From Velocimicrobium porci (GTDB taxonomy: Bacteria > Bacillota > Clostridia > Lachnospirales > Lachnospiraceae), in assembly GCF_009696045.1 (NCBI RefSeq), contig NZ_VUMT01000013.1, forward strand, positions 14,816-78,815: a stretch of DNA of 64,000 bases, in the 5' to 3' direction. The position numbers and the translations under genes were made by a program. This document shows, piece after piece, positions 30,599-45,008 of this stretch. The number at the start of each line of letters is the position of its first letter. The stretch's first letter is position 1. The notes under the pieces were generated by a model. That model made no database searches. It saw only the letters and a program-made list of their open reading frames with translations, and was not told the DNA's origin.

Positions 30599-31482
30599 AG
30601 TGTTTTATAAGAAAAAAACCTGTATATTCACTTTTTTTAGTTGTACTTTTGTTCTGTCTTTGTTTTTGTCATTCATTCACAATATATGCAAAGAAAACTT
30701 CTGAAGCCTCCGCTTCCAAAAAGAATACTGTAAAATTTATTTATGACAATGATAACCTATTTACAGATGAACAGGCAGATAAATTAAAGAAAAAATGTAA
30801 AAAACTAAAAAAACTTTATGATTTTAACTCCGTTATTTTGACAGATGGCGAAACATCTGACGATCCGCAAATACGTGTGGAAGATTTTTATGATGAAAAC
30901 GCTGACATATTAAATGATGCAGTAATTTTATATATTAATATGACAGATCGTAATGTCCGCATTGATGGATTTGGGGCATGCCAATACATCTTTGATAACA
31001 AAACAATTGATTCTATCTTAGATGAATTAATCCCTTATCTTGCAGATGAAAATTGTTATAAGGCTTCCGTTCATTTTTTAAATCGTGCAAATGATTTTGC
31101 TGTTACAGATACATCTTCAACCGCCTACTCAGAAGATACTAAAAATAATAATTCTTCAAGCACGGATGAGGAGATTTCTTTCGGTGGGAAAACATTAATT
31201 GTATTTGGCATTTCTATTTTAATCGGTGCAGTTACCGTTGGTATTATGCTCTATAATTCCAGTGCCAGAATAACCACAACAGGAAATACATACCTGGATC
31301 CAAGAAATGCCAGAATTTTAGCCCACTGGGATCGTTATGTCAGAACTACTACTACCCGGACTCCAAAACCAAAAGATGATTCCAATCACAACAATAGTTC
31401 TACGAACTTCGGTGGCGGTAGTGGCGGTGGAGGTGTTTCTTCCGGCGGACATTCCCATTCCGGAGGCGGCCGGTCATTTTAA
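30595..31482 (+). CDS. TPM-domain protein (YdjH/YgcG-like)
   Basis: The ATG at 30595 overlaps the upstream TGA, with a GGAGGTG RBS. The protein has a signal peptide, a TPM-type core, a TM segment and a Gly-rich tail, FGGGSGGGGVSSGGHSHSGGGRSF. Confidence 0.65.
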   Translation: MKCFIRKKPVYSLFLVVLLFCLCFCHSFTIYAKKTSEASASKKNTVKFIYDNDNLFTDEQADKLKKKCKKLKKLYDFNSVILTDGETSDDPQIRVEDFYDENADILNDAVILYINMTDRNVRIDGFGACQYIFDNKTIDSILDELIPYLADENCYKASVHFLNRANDFAVTDTSSTAYSEDTKNNNSSSTDEEISFGGKTLIVFGISILIGAVTVGIMLYNSSARITTTGNTYLDPRNARILAHWDRYVRTTTTRTPKPKDDSNHNNSSTNFGGGSGGGGVSSGGHSHSGGGRSF

Positions 31483-31516
31483 TCAAAATTTTTAGGATAA
31501 AGGAGAGAACTATACA

Positions 31517-32485
31517 ATGGGTCTATTTTCGGGACAATTTGCAAATGTAGTAGAGTGGGAAGAATGGAATGACCAAATGATTTTTTATAAATGGTCAAAC
31601 AAAGAAATCAAAAAAGGCAGTCGCCTAATACTCCGCCCAGGACAAGATGCCATATTTTTATACAATGGAAAAATTGAGGGTATTTTTAAAGATGATGGTG
31701 AATATGATATTGAATCTCAGATTATTCCTTTTCTTTCTACATTAAAGGGCTTTAAATTTGGCTTTAACAGTGGAATAAGAGCAGAAGTTCTATTCGTAAA
31801 TACAAAAGAATTTCTTGTTAAATGGGGTACTAAAAATCCAATTAACATTCCGACTCCGGCACTACCTGGCGGAATGCCAATTCGTGCCAATGGAAGTTTT
31901 ACATTTAAAGTAAAAGATTATGTTTCCTTAATTGATAATATTGCAGGCACAAAAAAACAATATCTGGTAGACGATGTCAAACAACGAATTCTTGCAATAT
32001 TAGACCAATTACTTATGTGTTGGATTTCAAAAGAGGGAAAAGATATGTTTAATCTTCAGGCAAACGCCTTTGAAATTGCCAGAGGAATCCGTGATGACCT
32101 GGATATGGAAATTATGCGTGACGGCTTAACAATTACTAATTTTACAATTATGAGTTTTAATTACCCGGCTGAAATCCAATCTATGATAAACAAAACTGCT
32201 TCTCACAGTATGATTGGAAATATGAACACCTATACACAAGCATCTATGGTAGAAGGAATGACATCCGGTAAAATGCAAGGCGGTGGTGCTGCCTCTGATA
32301 TGGCAGGAATGATAATGGGAATGAACATGGCAAATCAAATGATGCAAAATATAAGTCCATTGAATTCCGCAGCATCCAATCAGGCTCCTGCAACAGAATC
32401 TAAACCAAATTTCTGTCCAAATTGTGGACAAAAAACAGGAGATGGTAATTTCTGCTCAAACTGCGGACAGAAATTAATTCCATAA
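31517..32485 (+). CDS. YdjI-like SPFH/band-7 superfamily protein with C-terminal double zinc ribbon
   Basis: It lies 3' of the TPM-domain gene and ends with CPNCGQKTGDGNFCSNCGQK. Confidence 0.55.
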   Translation: MGLFSGQFANVVEWEEWNDQMIFYKWSNKEIKKGSRLILRPGQDAIFLYNGKIEGIFKDDGEYDIESQIIPFLSTLKGFKFGFNSGIRAEVLFVNTKEFLVKWGTKNPINIPTPALPGGMPIRANGSFTFKVKDYVSLIDNIAGTKKQYLVDDVKQRILAILDQLLMCWISKEGKDMFNLQANAFEIARGIRDDLDMEIMRDGLTITNFTIMSFNYPAEIQSMINKTASHSMIGNMNTYTQASMVEGMTSGKMQGGGAASDMAGMIMGMNMANQMMQNISPLNSAASNQAPATESKPNFCPNCGQKTGDGNFCSNCGQKLIP

Positions 32486-32532
32486 TATTTTTATACAATA
32501 ATTTTTCATACAAAGACAATTACTCGAAGAAA

Positions 32533-32578
32533 CAAAGTGGAGCAAGTCCCTCACTCATGAGGGACTTGCTCCACTTTG
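32533..32578. terminator. 46-nt perfect palindrome between the convergent ydjI-like and GH114-like genes (bidirectional terminator or binding site)
   Basis: CAAAGTGGAGCAAGTCCCTCACTCATGAGGGACTTGCTCCACTTTG forms a 21-bp perfect stem. Confidence 0.5.
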
Positions 32579-32659
32579 CGTGCCAGATGCGCGTTGCATG
32601 CTTTTTGCAACAATACTCCTTTCGCATCTGTGCACATCCTCGCGGAGCGTTTTTGCTAC

Positions 32660-33550
32660 TTACTTATCCCCATTCAATTCATATGATGACGCGATATACC
32701 AAATATATCCTTTTTTCTCACAATATGTTTCAGTCTTCTTTTGCAATTTCAAATTGTTGCCATACTCTGTCAAAAATACTTGAAGCTCTTTTTTACTGCA
32801 GGCATTTAAATATTCCTTGAAATATTTTGTAACTTTTTTATCCTGTGCCTTATATGTTTTTTTCTTAAAATCAATTACAGTAAATACCGTTTCTTGATTT
32901 ATTGCAGTTATCAACCCGGAATACCAATCCTTAGAAGAAATTAACTTTGATACAAAAGTATCGCCACCATTGATTATAATATCTTTATCATATCTCTTTA
33001 ATCCTTTTAAAATCTTTATTAACCCATTATAGATTTTTTTTCTTGGATATTGATAAAATACATCGGTATTATCTACAAAAAAGCCATCAACACCTTTATA
33101 GACCAGACTTTTTCCCAATACAGATATTACATACTCCTGCCATTTTACCTGGGAAACATCTATCCATTTTTCATCTTCCCAATTTTCATATTTCCCCAAC
33201 GTAATATCCTGAAACTTTTTATAATAATTACGGAACTTTTCAAGCGAGCCAATATTCAAATAGCTATATACAATATGCCCTTCTTTCTTTAGACTCTGAA
33301 TTTCCTTTTTAGAAAAATAAGATGCATCAATAACAATGATATGATAATTCTTTAAAATCTTTTCATTTAAATTATCAATCCCGATAAAAACTCCATATTC
33401 ATTCGGAAATTCTATCTTTTCCTTTCCTTTGCACATCTGGTTCTGCATTAAAATAAGTGCAACAACCACTAGAATAATCACATACTTTTCTAGATTAATG
33501 TTATTAGTGATATACTTCTCCATTAATACGTGCCTTTCCGGTTTTAGCAA
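32660..33550 (-). CDS. putative glycoside hydrolase family 114-like TIM-barrel protein, membrane-anchored
   Basis: An N-terminal TM helix is present. Motifs GVDGFFVDN and LTEYG resemble GH114 (endo-alpha-1,4-polygalactosaminidase family). The assignment comes from motif memory only. Confidence 0.4.
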   Translation of the reverse strand: MLKPERHVLMEKYITNNINLEKYVIILVVVALILMQNQMCKGKEKIEFPNEYGVFIGIDNLNEKILKNYHIIVIDASYFSKKEIQSLKKEGHIVYSYLNIGSLEKFRNYYKKFQDITLGKYENWEDEKWIDVSQVKWQEYVISVLGKSLVYKGVDGFFVDNTDVFYQYPRKKIYNGLIKILKGLKRYDKDIIINGGDTFVSKLISSKDWYSGLITAINQETVFTVIDFKKKTYKAQDKKVTKYFKEYLNACSKKELQVFLTEYGNNLKLQKKTETYCEKKGYIWYIASSYELNGDK

Positions 33551-34634
33551 TTAAATCCATATCAATAATGGCATGAAAACCATTGTATCTTCCTGACAAA
33601 TTCACAATTTGAGCTGTTTCATAATCTTCAATATCATCAGGAATCGTTTCTTTCTTAAACGTAGAATATGTTATAAATAATGTTTTTCCTGCCTTCAAAG
33701 AAATACTGTCAGTTCCACTTAATTCCGTCCAATCTTTCTGATTCCAGCTATATTTTATCGGAATCACCTCAACCGAACTTACTTCATCCTGTTTTGATTT
33801 TTGATACTCATAGTCAGCCACATAATACAAGTCTTCCAACTTCGTAACTCCATTATCTTTATCACTTGTAATGGATATCGTAATTGATGTCGGATCATTT
33901 TTTTCTCCTGAAACACTTTTTACGATATACTTTCCTTCAGAATTCACAGCTGATAAACTTTCCGCATTTGTATAACTACTATAAACCTTTTGTCCATAAA
34001 TTTTTTTATAAGAACGGACACGATAAGTATAGGTCTGTCTTGCCTTTACTGTTTTGTCTATGAATTTTATATAACTTTCCTTTTTTGTATTTTTCAATGT
34101 TTTAATCTTCTTATATTTAGTTTTTGCTGTTTTTCGATACACTTCAAAACCATCCGGACAAATCCCCTCGCTTACATTGAACATTAACGTAATTGCTGAA
34201 GTTGAAATCTGTGCATCTACCGGAAAATACTCATCCCAAACTACACTACCCACTCCTATATAAGCCGCTGCTTCCCCTTCATACTTATAAACTTTTTTCC
34301 CATTCTTCTTTTGATAACCTTTTATCAAATAAGAATACCTTTGTTTATAAGCTACTTTCGTACTGTAAGAAGTTTTACTACCAGATACAGAAGCAATATA
34401 TGTATATTTTCCTACCGCTTCATTTTTACCTACTTTTGCACGATAAATATCATATCCGGCAACAGACTGTTTCTTCCAATGAAGTGTTACCTTACTTGGA
34501 GATTTTACATCTGCCCATGCTATCATATACCATGTCATATTTTCACGTTCTGCCGAAATTGTTGCAGGCATTGCTGCAACAATACAGATTACTGTCATAA
34601 AAAAGCATATTATACTTCTTAATTTTTTTATCAT
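33504..34634 (-). CDS. secreted protein with signal peptide and beta-sandwich (FN3-like) repeats
   Basis: A signal peptide, MIKKLRSIICFFMTVICIVAAMPATISA, is followed by repeated Y/K/T-rich beta-strand segments. Confidence 0.45.
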   Translation of the reverse strand: MIKKLRSIICFFMTVICIVAAMPATISAERENMTWYMIAWADVKSPSKVTLHWKKQSVAGYDIYRAKVGKNEAVGKYTYIASVSGSKTSYSTKVAYKQRYSYLIKGYQKKNGKKVYKYEGEAAAYIGVGSVVWDEYFPVDAQISTSAITLMFNVSEGICPDGFEVYRKTAKTKYKKIKTLKNTKKESYIKFIDKTVKARQTYTYRVRSYKKIYGQKVYSSYTNAESLSAVNSEGKYIVKSVSGEKNDPTSITISITSDKDNGVTKLEDLYYVADYEYQKSKQDEVSSVEVIPIKYSWNQKDWTELSGTDSISLKAGKTLFITYSTFKKETIPDDIEDYETAQIVNLSGRYNGFHAIIDMDLIAKTGKARINGEVYH

Positions 34635-34637
34635 TTT

Positions 34638-37423
<2,786 letters not shown>

Positions 37424-37431
37424 AATTCCAC

Positions 37432-39336
<1,905 letters not shown>

Positions 39337-39542
39337 TCAACAAGTAACCACCCTTTTTATAACTGTCGTTTTTCAAGATAAGCGCTTATCCTTTTCTATC
39401 TATACCATATCATCTCTCAATTTTACTGACAATCCCCTTCTATTTTTTCTATCAATACGTTAAATTTAACTAAAAATTTATTCTCTTTTTTCTCAAAAGT
39501 TATAAAAAATAAACATACTTTTAAAATTTTTTTAAAAGTATG

Positions 39543-40577
39543 TTAGTGATAAATATATTTTGTTTTATCAAATACACTATTTCCTTCTAACAATCTAGTC
39601 TTATAGTATACTCTGACAATCTCATCTTCCTGCTCATCATCAATATGACGAAGTAAATGCTTCACTGCTGCCAAATGCCGTTTTGTATGTGTTCCTTTCA
39701 CTAACGTCAAATCAATTCCCAATAAACTAACCGGAGGCAATGCATCAAATCCAATTAAAGAAATATCTCTTGGAATACGAATCTGCCGCTCCAGTAATGC
39801 TTTACTCACTCCCAATGAAATAACCGAGCTTTCCAAAAGAAATGCTGTGGTTCCTTTCACTCCTTCGTCTAAATATTGTTTCATCGATTGATATACTTCT
39901 TCCACTGTATTTCCTAAATGATGAATACGATTTCCCGCATCCCCACATTCTCTTCTTGCCATTTCCAGTACGAAAGCTTTTCTCCGTTCAACGAAATTAA
40001 ATATATCTATATTTTCTGCCAAATAAACAATATTACTATGTCCCTTATCAACTAAATAATCAACTCCTGCACAAATACCCTCTTTATTATCAATCAAAAA
40101 ACTGTCAATGCCTTGCTCATAAAACAAATTATCTCCAACGACAATTGGTATTTTTAATTGTAAAAACGGATAGATGTCGCCCTCTGTCATCTCAGCTGCA
40201 AGAATATAAATTCCCTTTATCATTTCGTTTTTACAACGTTTTAGCAGTTCTTCCAGATTATCTCTCGTTTCATAAAATTCTACTGATTGGAAATCAAATC
40301 CTGCCTGATTTACTGTTTGCTCCATTTTTTTCAGAACCGTTGAACTTCCCTTTGCCCGCTCCAATATAACTCCATTTTTTATATATTGAAGCATCATAAC
40401 CGTTCCTTTATTCTGTCCTGCTCTACTATGCTGGTATTCCATTTCCATTTTATCAATATAATCTAAAATTTTCTTTCTGGTTTCCCCCTTCACCCCTGGT
40501 TGATTATTCACAGCCAGCGAAACCGTCGCTGGTGAAACATTTAACTCTTTCGCAATATCTTTAAATTTTATCCGCAT
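39543..40577 (-). CDS. LacI-family transcriptional regulator
   Basis: An N-terminal HTH, IKFKDIAKELNVSPATVSLAVNN, is followed by a periplasmic-binding-protein-like domain. Confidence 0.85.
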   Translation of the reverse strand: MRIKFKDIAKELNVSPATVSLAVNNQPGVKGETRKKILDYIDKMEMEYQHSRAGQNKGTVMMLQYIKNGVILERAKGSSTVLKKMEQTVNQAGFDFQSVEFYETRDNLEELLKRCKNEMIKGIYILAAEMTEGDIYPFLQLKIPIVVGDNLFYEQGIDSFLIDNKEGICAGVDYLVDKGHSNIVYLAENIDIFNFVERRKAFVLEMARRECGDAGNRIHHLGNTVEEVYQSMKQYLDEGVKGTTAFLLESSVISLGVSKALLERQIRIPRDISLIGFDALPPVSLLGIDLTLVKGTHTKRHLAAVKHLLRHIDDEQEDEIVRVYYKTRLLEGNSVFDKTKYIYH

Positions 40578-40800
40578 AATTACCATTTCCTCCTAGTTTA
40601 CTACCACATGATTTCATGTAACAGTTCAGCCATACTCATTCATAAATTATTAGAGTATACATTGTCAACATAATATTTATTATTTCGTCTAAAAATTCTC
40701 CCCATAGCACTTTTTTACCGAAAAATAAAAAAATAGATTTAGATACAGTGCGAAAACCGGTAAAAAAATGAAATTTATTATGCAATTAATCAAATAATTA

Positions 40801-40829
40801 TTGCAATAGTGATGTATTTCAGATATAAT
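40801..40829 (+). promoter_or_regulatory. consensus sigma-A promoter for the RHH gene
   Basis: TTGCAA, a 17-bp spacer, then TATAAT, located 45 bp upstream of the ATG at 40875. Confidence 0.55.
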
Positions 40830-40874
40830 ATAAGCAACTTAGTTTATATTATATTAAGAATAGGAGAAAAAACT

Positions 40875-41024
40875 ATGGCAGTTGGAAATGATAAAACAAG
40901 AATCTTAGTAAATATTCCAATTGAGTTAAAAAAACAATTGGAAGACAAAGCAAAACAAGAAAATCGTTCATTAAGTAATTACATCGTTACAGTTTTAATT
41001 AAGGAATTAGAAAAAGACCAGTAA
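40875..41024 (+). CDS. ribbon-helix-helix (CopG/Arc-family) DNA-binding protein, 49 aa
   Basis: MAVGNDKTRILVNIPIELKKQLEDKAKQENRSLSNYIVTVLIKELEKDQ has an RHH beta-strand plus two helices. The RBS is AGGAGAAAAAAC. The track ORF starts upstream inside the promoter. Confidence 0.55.
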   Translation: MAVGNDKTRILVNIPIELKKQLEDKAKQENRSLSNYIVTVLIKELEKDQ

Positions 41025-41157
41025 AGTTTGATATGCCCCTTGTCAAATAGACAGGGGGCATATCAGGTAAAAGAGCCCTAATTGCTAAGTTTAACACAAC
41101 ACTAAGGACATCTTCTTGTTCTTTTTCTCTCTTATCTTCTATCAAATTTTACACAAA

Positions 41158-42024
41158 TCACGCTTTTCCAACAGAACCAAATAATTCCATTTTTTCTTTT
41201 ACTGTCGCTTTAATTGCTTCTGTACCAGGTGCTAACAACTTACGTGGGTCGAAACCTTTTCCTTCTTTATCTTTTCCTGCTTCAATGTATTCACGTGTTG
41301 CTGCTGCGAAAGATAACTGACATTCTGTATTAACATTAATTTTAGCAACTCCAAGAGAAATCGCTTTTTTAATCATGTCTTCCGGAATGCCTGTACCACC
41401 ATGAAGTACTAATGGCATACTACCTGTTTTCTGCTGAACGGCATCTAGCGTTTCAAAGCTGAGTCCTGCCCAGTTTTCAGGGTATTTTCCATGAATGTTA
41501 CCAATTCCTGCTGCAAGCATTGTTACACCAAGATCAGCGATTGCTTTACATTCTTCTGGATCTGCACACTCACCGGCACCAATTACTCCGTCTTCCTCAC
41601 CACCTATGGAACCAACTTCTGCTTCGATAGAAAGACCTTTTTCATTACAAATTGCTACTAATTCTTTTGTTTTTTCAACATTCTCTTCAATTGGATAATG
41701 AGAGCCATCAAACATAACAGAAGAGAAACCAGCTTCGATACAAGCTTTTGCTCCTTCATAAGAACCATGGTCTAAATGAAGTGCAACCGGAACAGTAATG
41801 TTTAATTCTTCTAACATCCCATTCACCATACCTACAACTGTCTTATAACCACACATATATTTTCCTGCACCTTCTGAAACGCCAAGAATAACCGGTGATC
41901 TTAATTCTTCTGCAGTCAATAAAATAGCCTTTGTCCATTCAAGATTATTGATGTTAAACTGACCAACTGCATATTTTCCTTCTTTTGCTTTGGTAAGCAT
42001 TTCCTTTGCTGATACTAATGCCAT
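41158..42024 (-). CDS. fba: class II fructose-1,6-bisphosphate aldolase
   Basis: MALVSAKEMLTKAKEGKYAVGQFNINNLEW...LHLDHG... Confidence 0.9.
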   Translation of the reverse strand: MALVSAKEMLTKAKEGKYAVGQFNINNLEWTKAILLTAEELRSPVILGVSEGAGKYMCGYKTVVGMVNGMLEELNITVPVALHLDHGSYEGAKACIEAGFSSVMFDGSHYPIEENVEKTKELVAICNEKGLSIEAEVGSIGGEEDGVIGAGECADPEECKAIADLGVTMLAAGIGNIHGKYPENWAGLSFETLDAVQQKTGSMPLVLHGGTGIPEDMIKKAISLGVAKINVNTECQLSFAAATREYIEAGKDKEGKGFDPRKLLAPGTEAIKATVKEKMELFGSVGKA

Positions 42025-42150
42025 TTGTAATTCCTCCATATGTCTTTTTTTAACAATCTATGTTTTACATATTTTGTGTTCCGAGTTTATTATAATCGTT
42101 ATAGTCAAATTTGTCAAAGTTTTAGCAATGTATCCCGCCCCATTTTTTTA

Positions 42151-43374
42151 TTACATTAGTGGCAAATAACTAGGTACTCCACCTTTATACTCTAACATAA
42201 CTTCACCCTGAATTAATGGAGTCAAATAATTAATCATCGTTCCATTTACATGATTTCCTTCTTTATTAATCCACTCTCTTGGTACTAAACGTTCTTTATT
42301 TGCAGATTCATGCACGTCAACTGTACCAATTCTAACCTGATAAGAATTACCCGGAACCCGCTCATAAGTTAACATAATACCATTATTGCCTTCCAAAGCT
42401 TTTCCTACTGCACTTCTTCCTATTAAAAATGCTTCTTTTAAATCCGTTTCGGACGCACAATGCATACAACTTCTTTGAAGTACATTAATTTCAACACTCC
42501 GAACCTTGCACTGAAAATGATTTGCTGCGATTTTTTCTAACGCCTTTCCAGCACCACTTCTGGAAATATGTCCAAACGCGTCTACCTGTCCTGATATTTC
42601 TCCATCTTGAATGTAATTACCTTTTTTATCTTTGATTCCTTCTGATACAGCAACCAACACCTGCTTTTTCTTTGTCTGCAAAATATAATCGACATCATTT
42701 AAAAACTGATCAACATCAAATGCCAGCTCTGGAAGATAAATCAAATCAACCCCTTCCATTGCCTCTGTTTTTGCAAGAGCTGCTGCCGCCGTCAGCCAGC
42801 CGGCATTTCTTCCCATTATTTCTACAATTGTAATGCTAGGTTTATTATAAATAGCACAGTCATACATAACCTCTAGCATTGTAGTCGCAATATATTTTGC
42901 CGCCGACCCAAATCCTGGTGTATGATCCGTTCCGACAAGATCATTATCAATTGTTTTTGGAATACCAATAAAACGAATTGGCGAATCAATCTGTTTTCCA
43001 TAATCGGATAACTTAAGAATTGTATCCATAGAATCATTACCGCCAATATAGAAAAAATCATCAATTTGAAAGTTCTCTAAGATAGAAAAAATTTTAGAAA
43101 GGGTCTCTGTATCATTTGTATCCAATTTGTACCTGCAGGAACCAAGGTACATTGCAGGAGTTTTTCTAAGCCGCTCAACCAAATCAAGAGTAGTAAAACG
43201 CTCAGAAAGATTTACAATCTGAAGGTCTAATAATCCCTCAATTCCATTTCTCATACCATAAATCCGTTCATACATCGAGCTTGCGATTGCACCGTCAATC
43301 ACTCCCGCCAGACTGGAATTAATTGCAACCGTTGGACCGCCCGATTGTCCAATGATACATCTTCGTTTCTTCAT
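42151..43374 (-). CDS. 6-phosphofructokinase (long PPi-type/group III PFK family)
   Basis: MKKRRCIIGQSGGPTVAINSS...PKTIDNDL, about 407 aa. Confidence 0.85.
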   Translation of the reverse strand: MKKRRCIIGQSGGPTVAINSSLAGVIDGAIASSMYERIYGMRNGIEGLLDLQIVNLSERFTTLDLVERLRKTPAMYLGSCRYKLDTNDTETLSKIFSILENFQIDDFFYIGGNDSMDTILKLSDYGKQIDSPIRFIGIPKTIDNDLVGTDHTPGFGSAAKYIATTMLEVMYDCAIYNKPSITIVEIMGRNAGWLTAAAALAKTEAMEGVDLIYLPELAFDVDQFLNDVDYILQTKKKQVLVAVSEGIKDKKGNYIQDGEISGQVDAFGHISRSGAGKALEKIAANHFQCKVRSVEINVLQRSCMHCASETDLKEAFLIGRSAVGKALEGNNGIMLTYERVPGNSYQVRIGTVDVHESANKERLVPREWINKEGNHVNGTMINYLTPLIQGEVMLEYKGGVPSYLPLM

Positions 43375-43513
43375 AATAGCCTCCATTAAGTTATTTTTGA
43401 TAACCTGTACCTCTATTTCTCTTTACCAACAGCTATGATTATACAAAAGGAAGAGATAGAATGCAATAATTAACAAATAGTGGCGAGAACCTTGATTCTC
43501 GCCATCACTTTGT

Positions 43514-43960
43514 CTATTGCATCATACCACCCAAAATTTCGTTTACTAATTTACCATCTGCCTTCCCTTTTACTTTAGGCATTAACTCTTTCATAATTCT
43601 TCCTTTATCTTTTCCCGTAGGCGTTTCAATTGAAAGACCAGCTAACACTTCTTTTATCACAACTGTAATTTCTTCTTCATTCATCATTTTTGGTGCATAA
43701 GCTTCCATAACCTGAACACGGAACTTACACTGCTCAATAATGTCAGTACGATCTGCAGGTGTAAGTTCAAGCGTTTCATTAATTTGTTTAATTTCTTTTA
43801 ATACAACTGTATTCTCTTCTTCTTCCGTCAAGTCCGCTCTTTTATCAATTGCTTTATTTTTTAATGCTGATAATAATAAAGATAGTGCCTCTTTTTTCTC
43901 CTTTTCTCCAGCCTTCATTGCTGCAACCATATCACTTCTTACTGTATCTATTTTAGACAT
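43514..43960 (-). CDS. GatB/YqeY domain protein
   Basis: The 148-aa ORF has a YqeY-like composition (MSKIDTVRSDMVAAMKAGEKEKKEALSLL). Confidence 0.7.
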   Translation of the reverse strand: MSKIDTVRSDMVAAMKAGEKEKKEALSLLLSALKNKAIDKRADLTEEEENTVVLKEIKQINETLELTPADRTDIIEQCKFRVQVMEAYAPKMMNEEEITVVIKEVLAGLSIETPTGKDKGRIMKELMPKVKGKADGKLVNEILGGMMQ

Positions 43961-44066
43961 ACTCTTAACCTCCTAAATGTATTATTTATTCTATTTGTTA
44001 TCGTTCTGATTCATTTTATATATTTTATCTGGTATGACAAATAATCAAAATATTTATAAACTAAGA

Positions 44067-44912
44067 TTATTTTGCAACTGCGTGAACCGATTCAATATAT
44101 GCTACCGCTCCATCCAACCATTCACCATTAAGACCTTCTACATTTTCCTTGTCAATTGCTTTGCTAATTACCGGGTCTAACGGAAGCTGTGCTAATACCG
44201 GAATGTCAAACCGTTTTGCGGTTTCTTCCACCTTGCTTTCGCCAAATACACTGATTTTTTCACCACAATGTCCACATTCGACATAACTATAGTTCTCAAT
44301 AATACCGATTACCGGAATATCCATTGACTTTGCCATATTTACAGCTTTTGCTACAATCATGGACACTAAATCCTGTGGAGAGGTAACGATGACAATTCCG
44401 TCTAACGGAATGGATTGGAATACGGTAAGTGGAACATCTCCGGTTCCCGGAGGCATATCTACAAACATATAATCAACATCGCCCCACATTACTTCAGACC
44501 AAAATTGTTTTACTGTTCCTGCAATAACAGGTCCTCTCCAAACAACCGGTGTTTCTTCTGAATTCAATAATAAATTAACAGACATCATTTTTGTTCCTTT
44601 GGAACTTTCTGATGGAATAATTCCTTCTTCTGTTGCATTCGCAAGTCCATGAACACCAAAAGCCTTAGGAATAGACGGTCCTGTCACATCAGCATCCAAA
44701 ATTGCTGTATTATAGCCTTTTCTCTGAAATAAGGTTGCTAAATAAGACGTTACAAATGATTTTCCAACGCCACCTTTTCCGCTTACAACACCGATTACTT
44801 TTTTTATATTACTCTTCTCATTTGCCGGCACTAAAAAGTCTTCCCTTTTTGGTGCATGGGAACTGCACGAAGATGAACAACTCTCGCAGCTTCCTGAACA
44901 TGTATCACTCAT
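44067..44912 (-). CDS. Mrp/ApbC-family Fe-S cluster carrier ATPase
   Basis: An N-terminal Cys-rich segment, a GKGGVGKS P-loop and a CGHC pair are present. Confidence 0.85.
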   Translation of the reverse strand: MSDTCSGSCESCSSSCSSHAPKREDFLVPANEKSNIKKVIGVVSGKGGVGKSFVTSYLATLFQRKGYNTAILDADVTGPSIPKAFGVHGLANATEEGIIPSESSKGTKMMSVNLLLNSEETPVVWRGPVIAGTVKQFWSEVMWGDVDYMFVDMPPGTGDVPLTVFQSIPLDGIVIVTSPQDLVSMIVAKAVNMAKSMDIPVIGIIENYSYVECGHCGEKISVFGESKVEETAKRFDIPVLAQLPLDPVISKAIDKENVEGLNGEWLDGAVAYIESVHAVAK

Positions 44913-45008
44913 TCTCGTATTACCTGCCTTTTCGCTTATTATTTTTCGATACTTATATGATAAGATAGACCGTTTCGATTGTCAATGTAAGAAATCATCT
45001 GAACTTTT

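Noticed and set aside
40809-40874. N-terminal extension of the RHH ORF (MMYFRYNISNLVYIILRIGEKT)
   Set aside because: The extension runs through the -10 promoter element. The RBS-supported ATG is at 40875.
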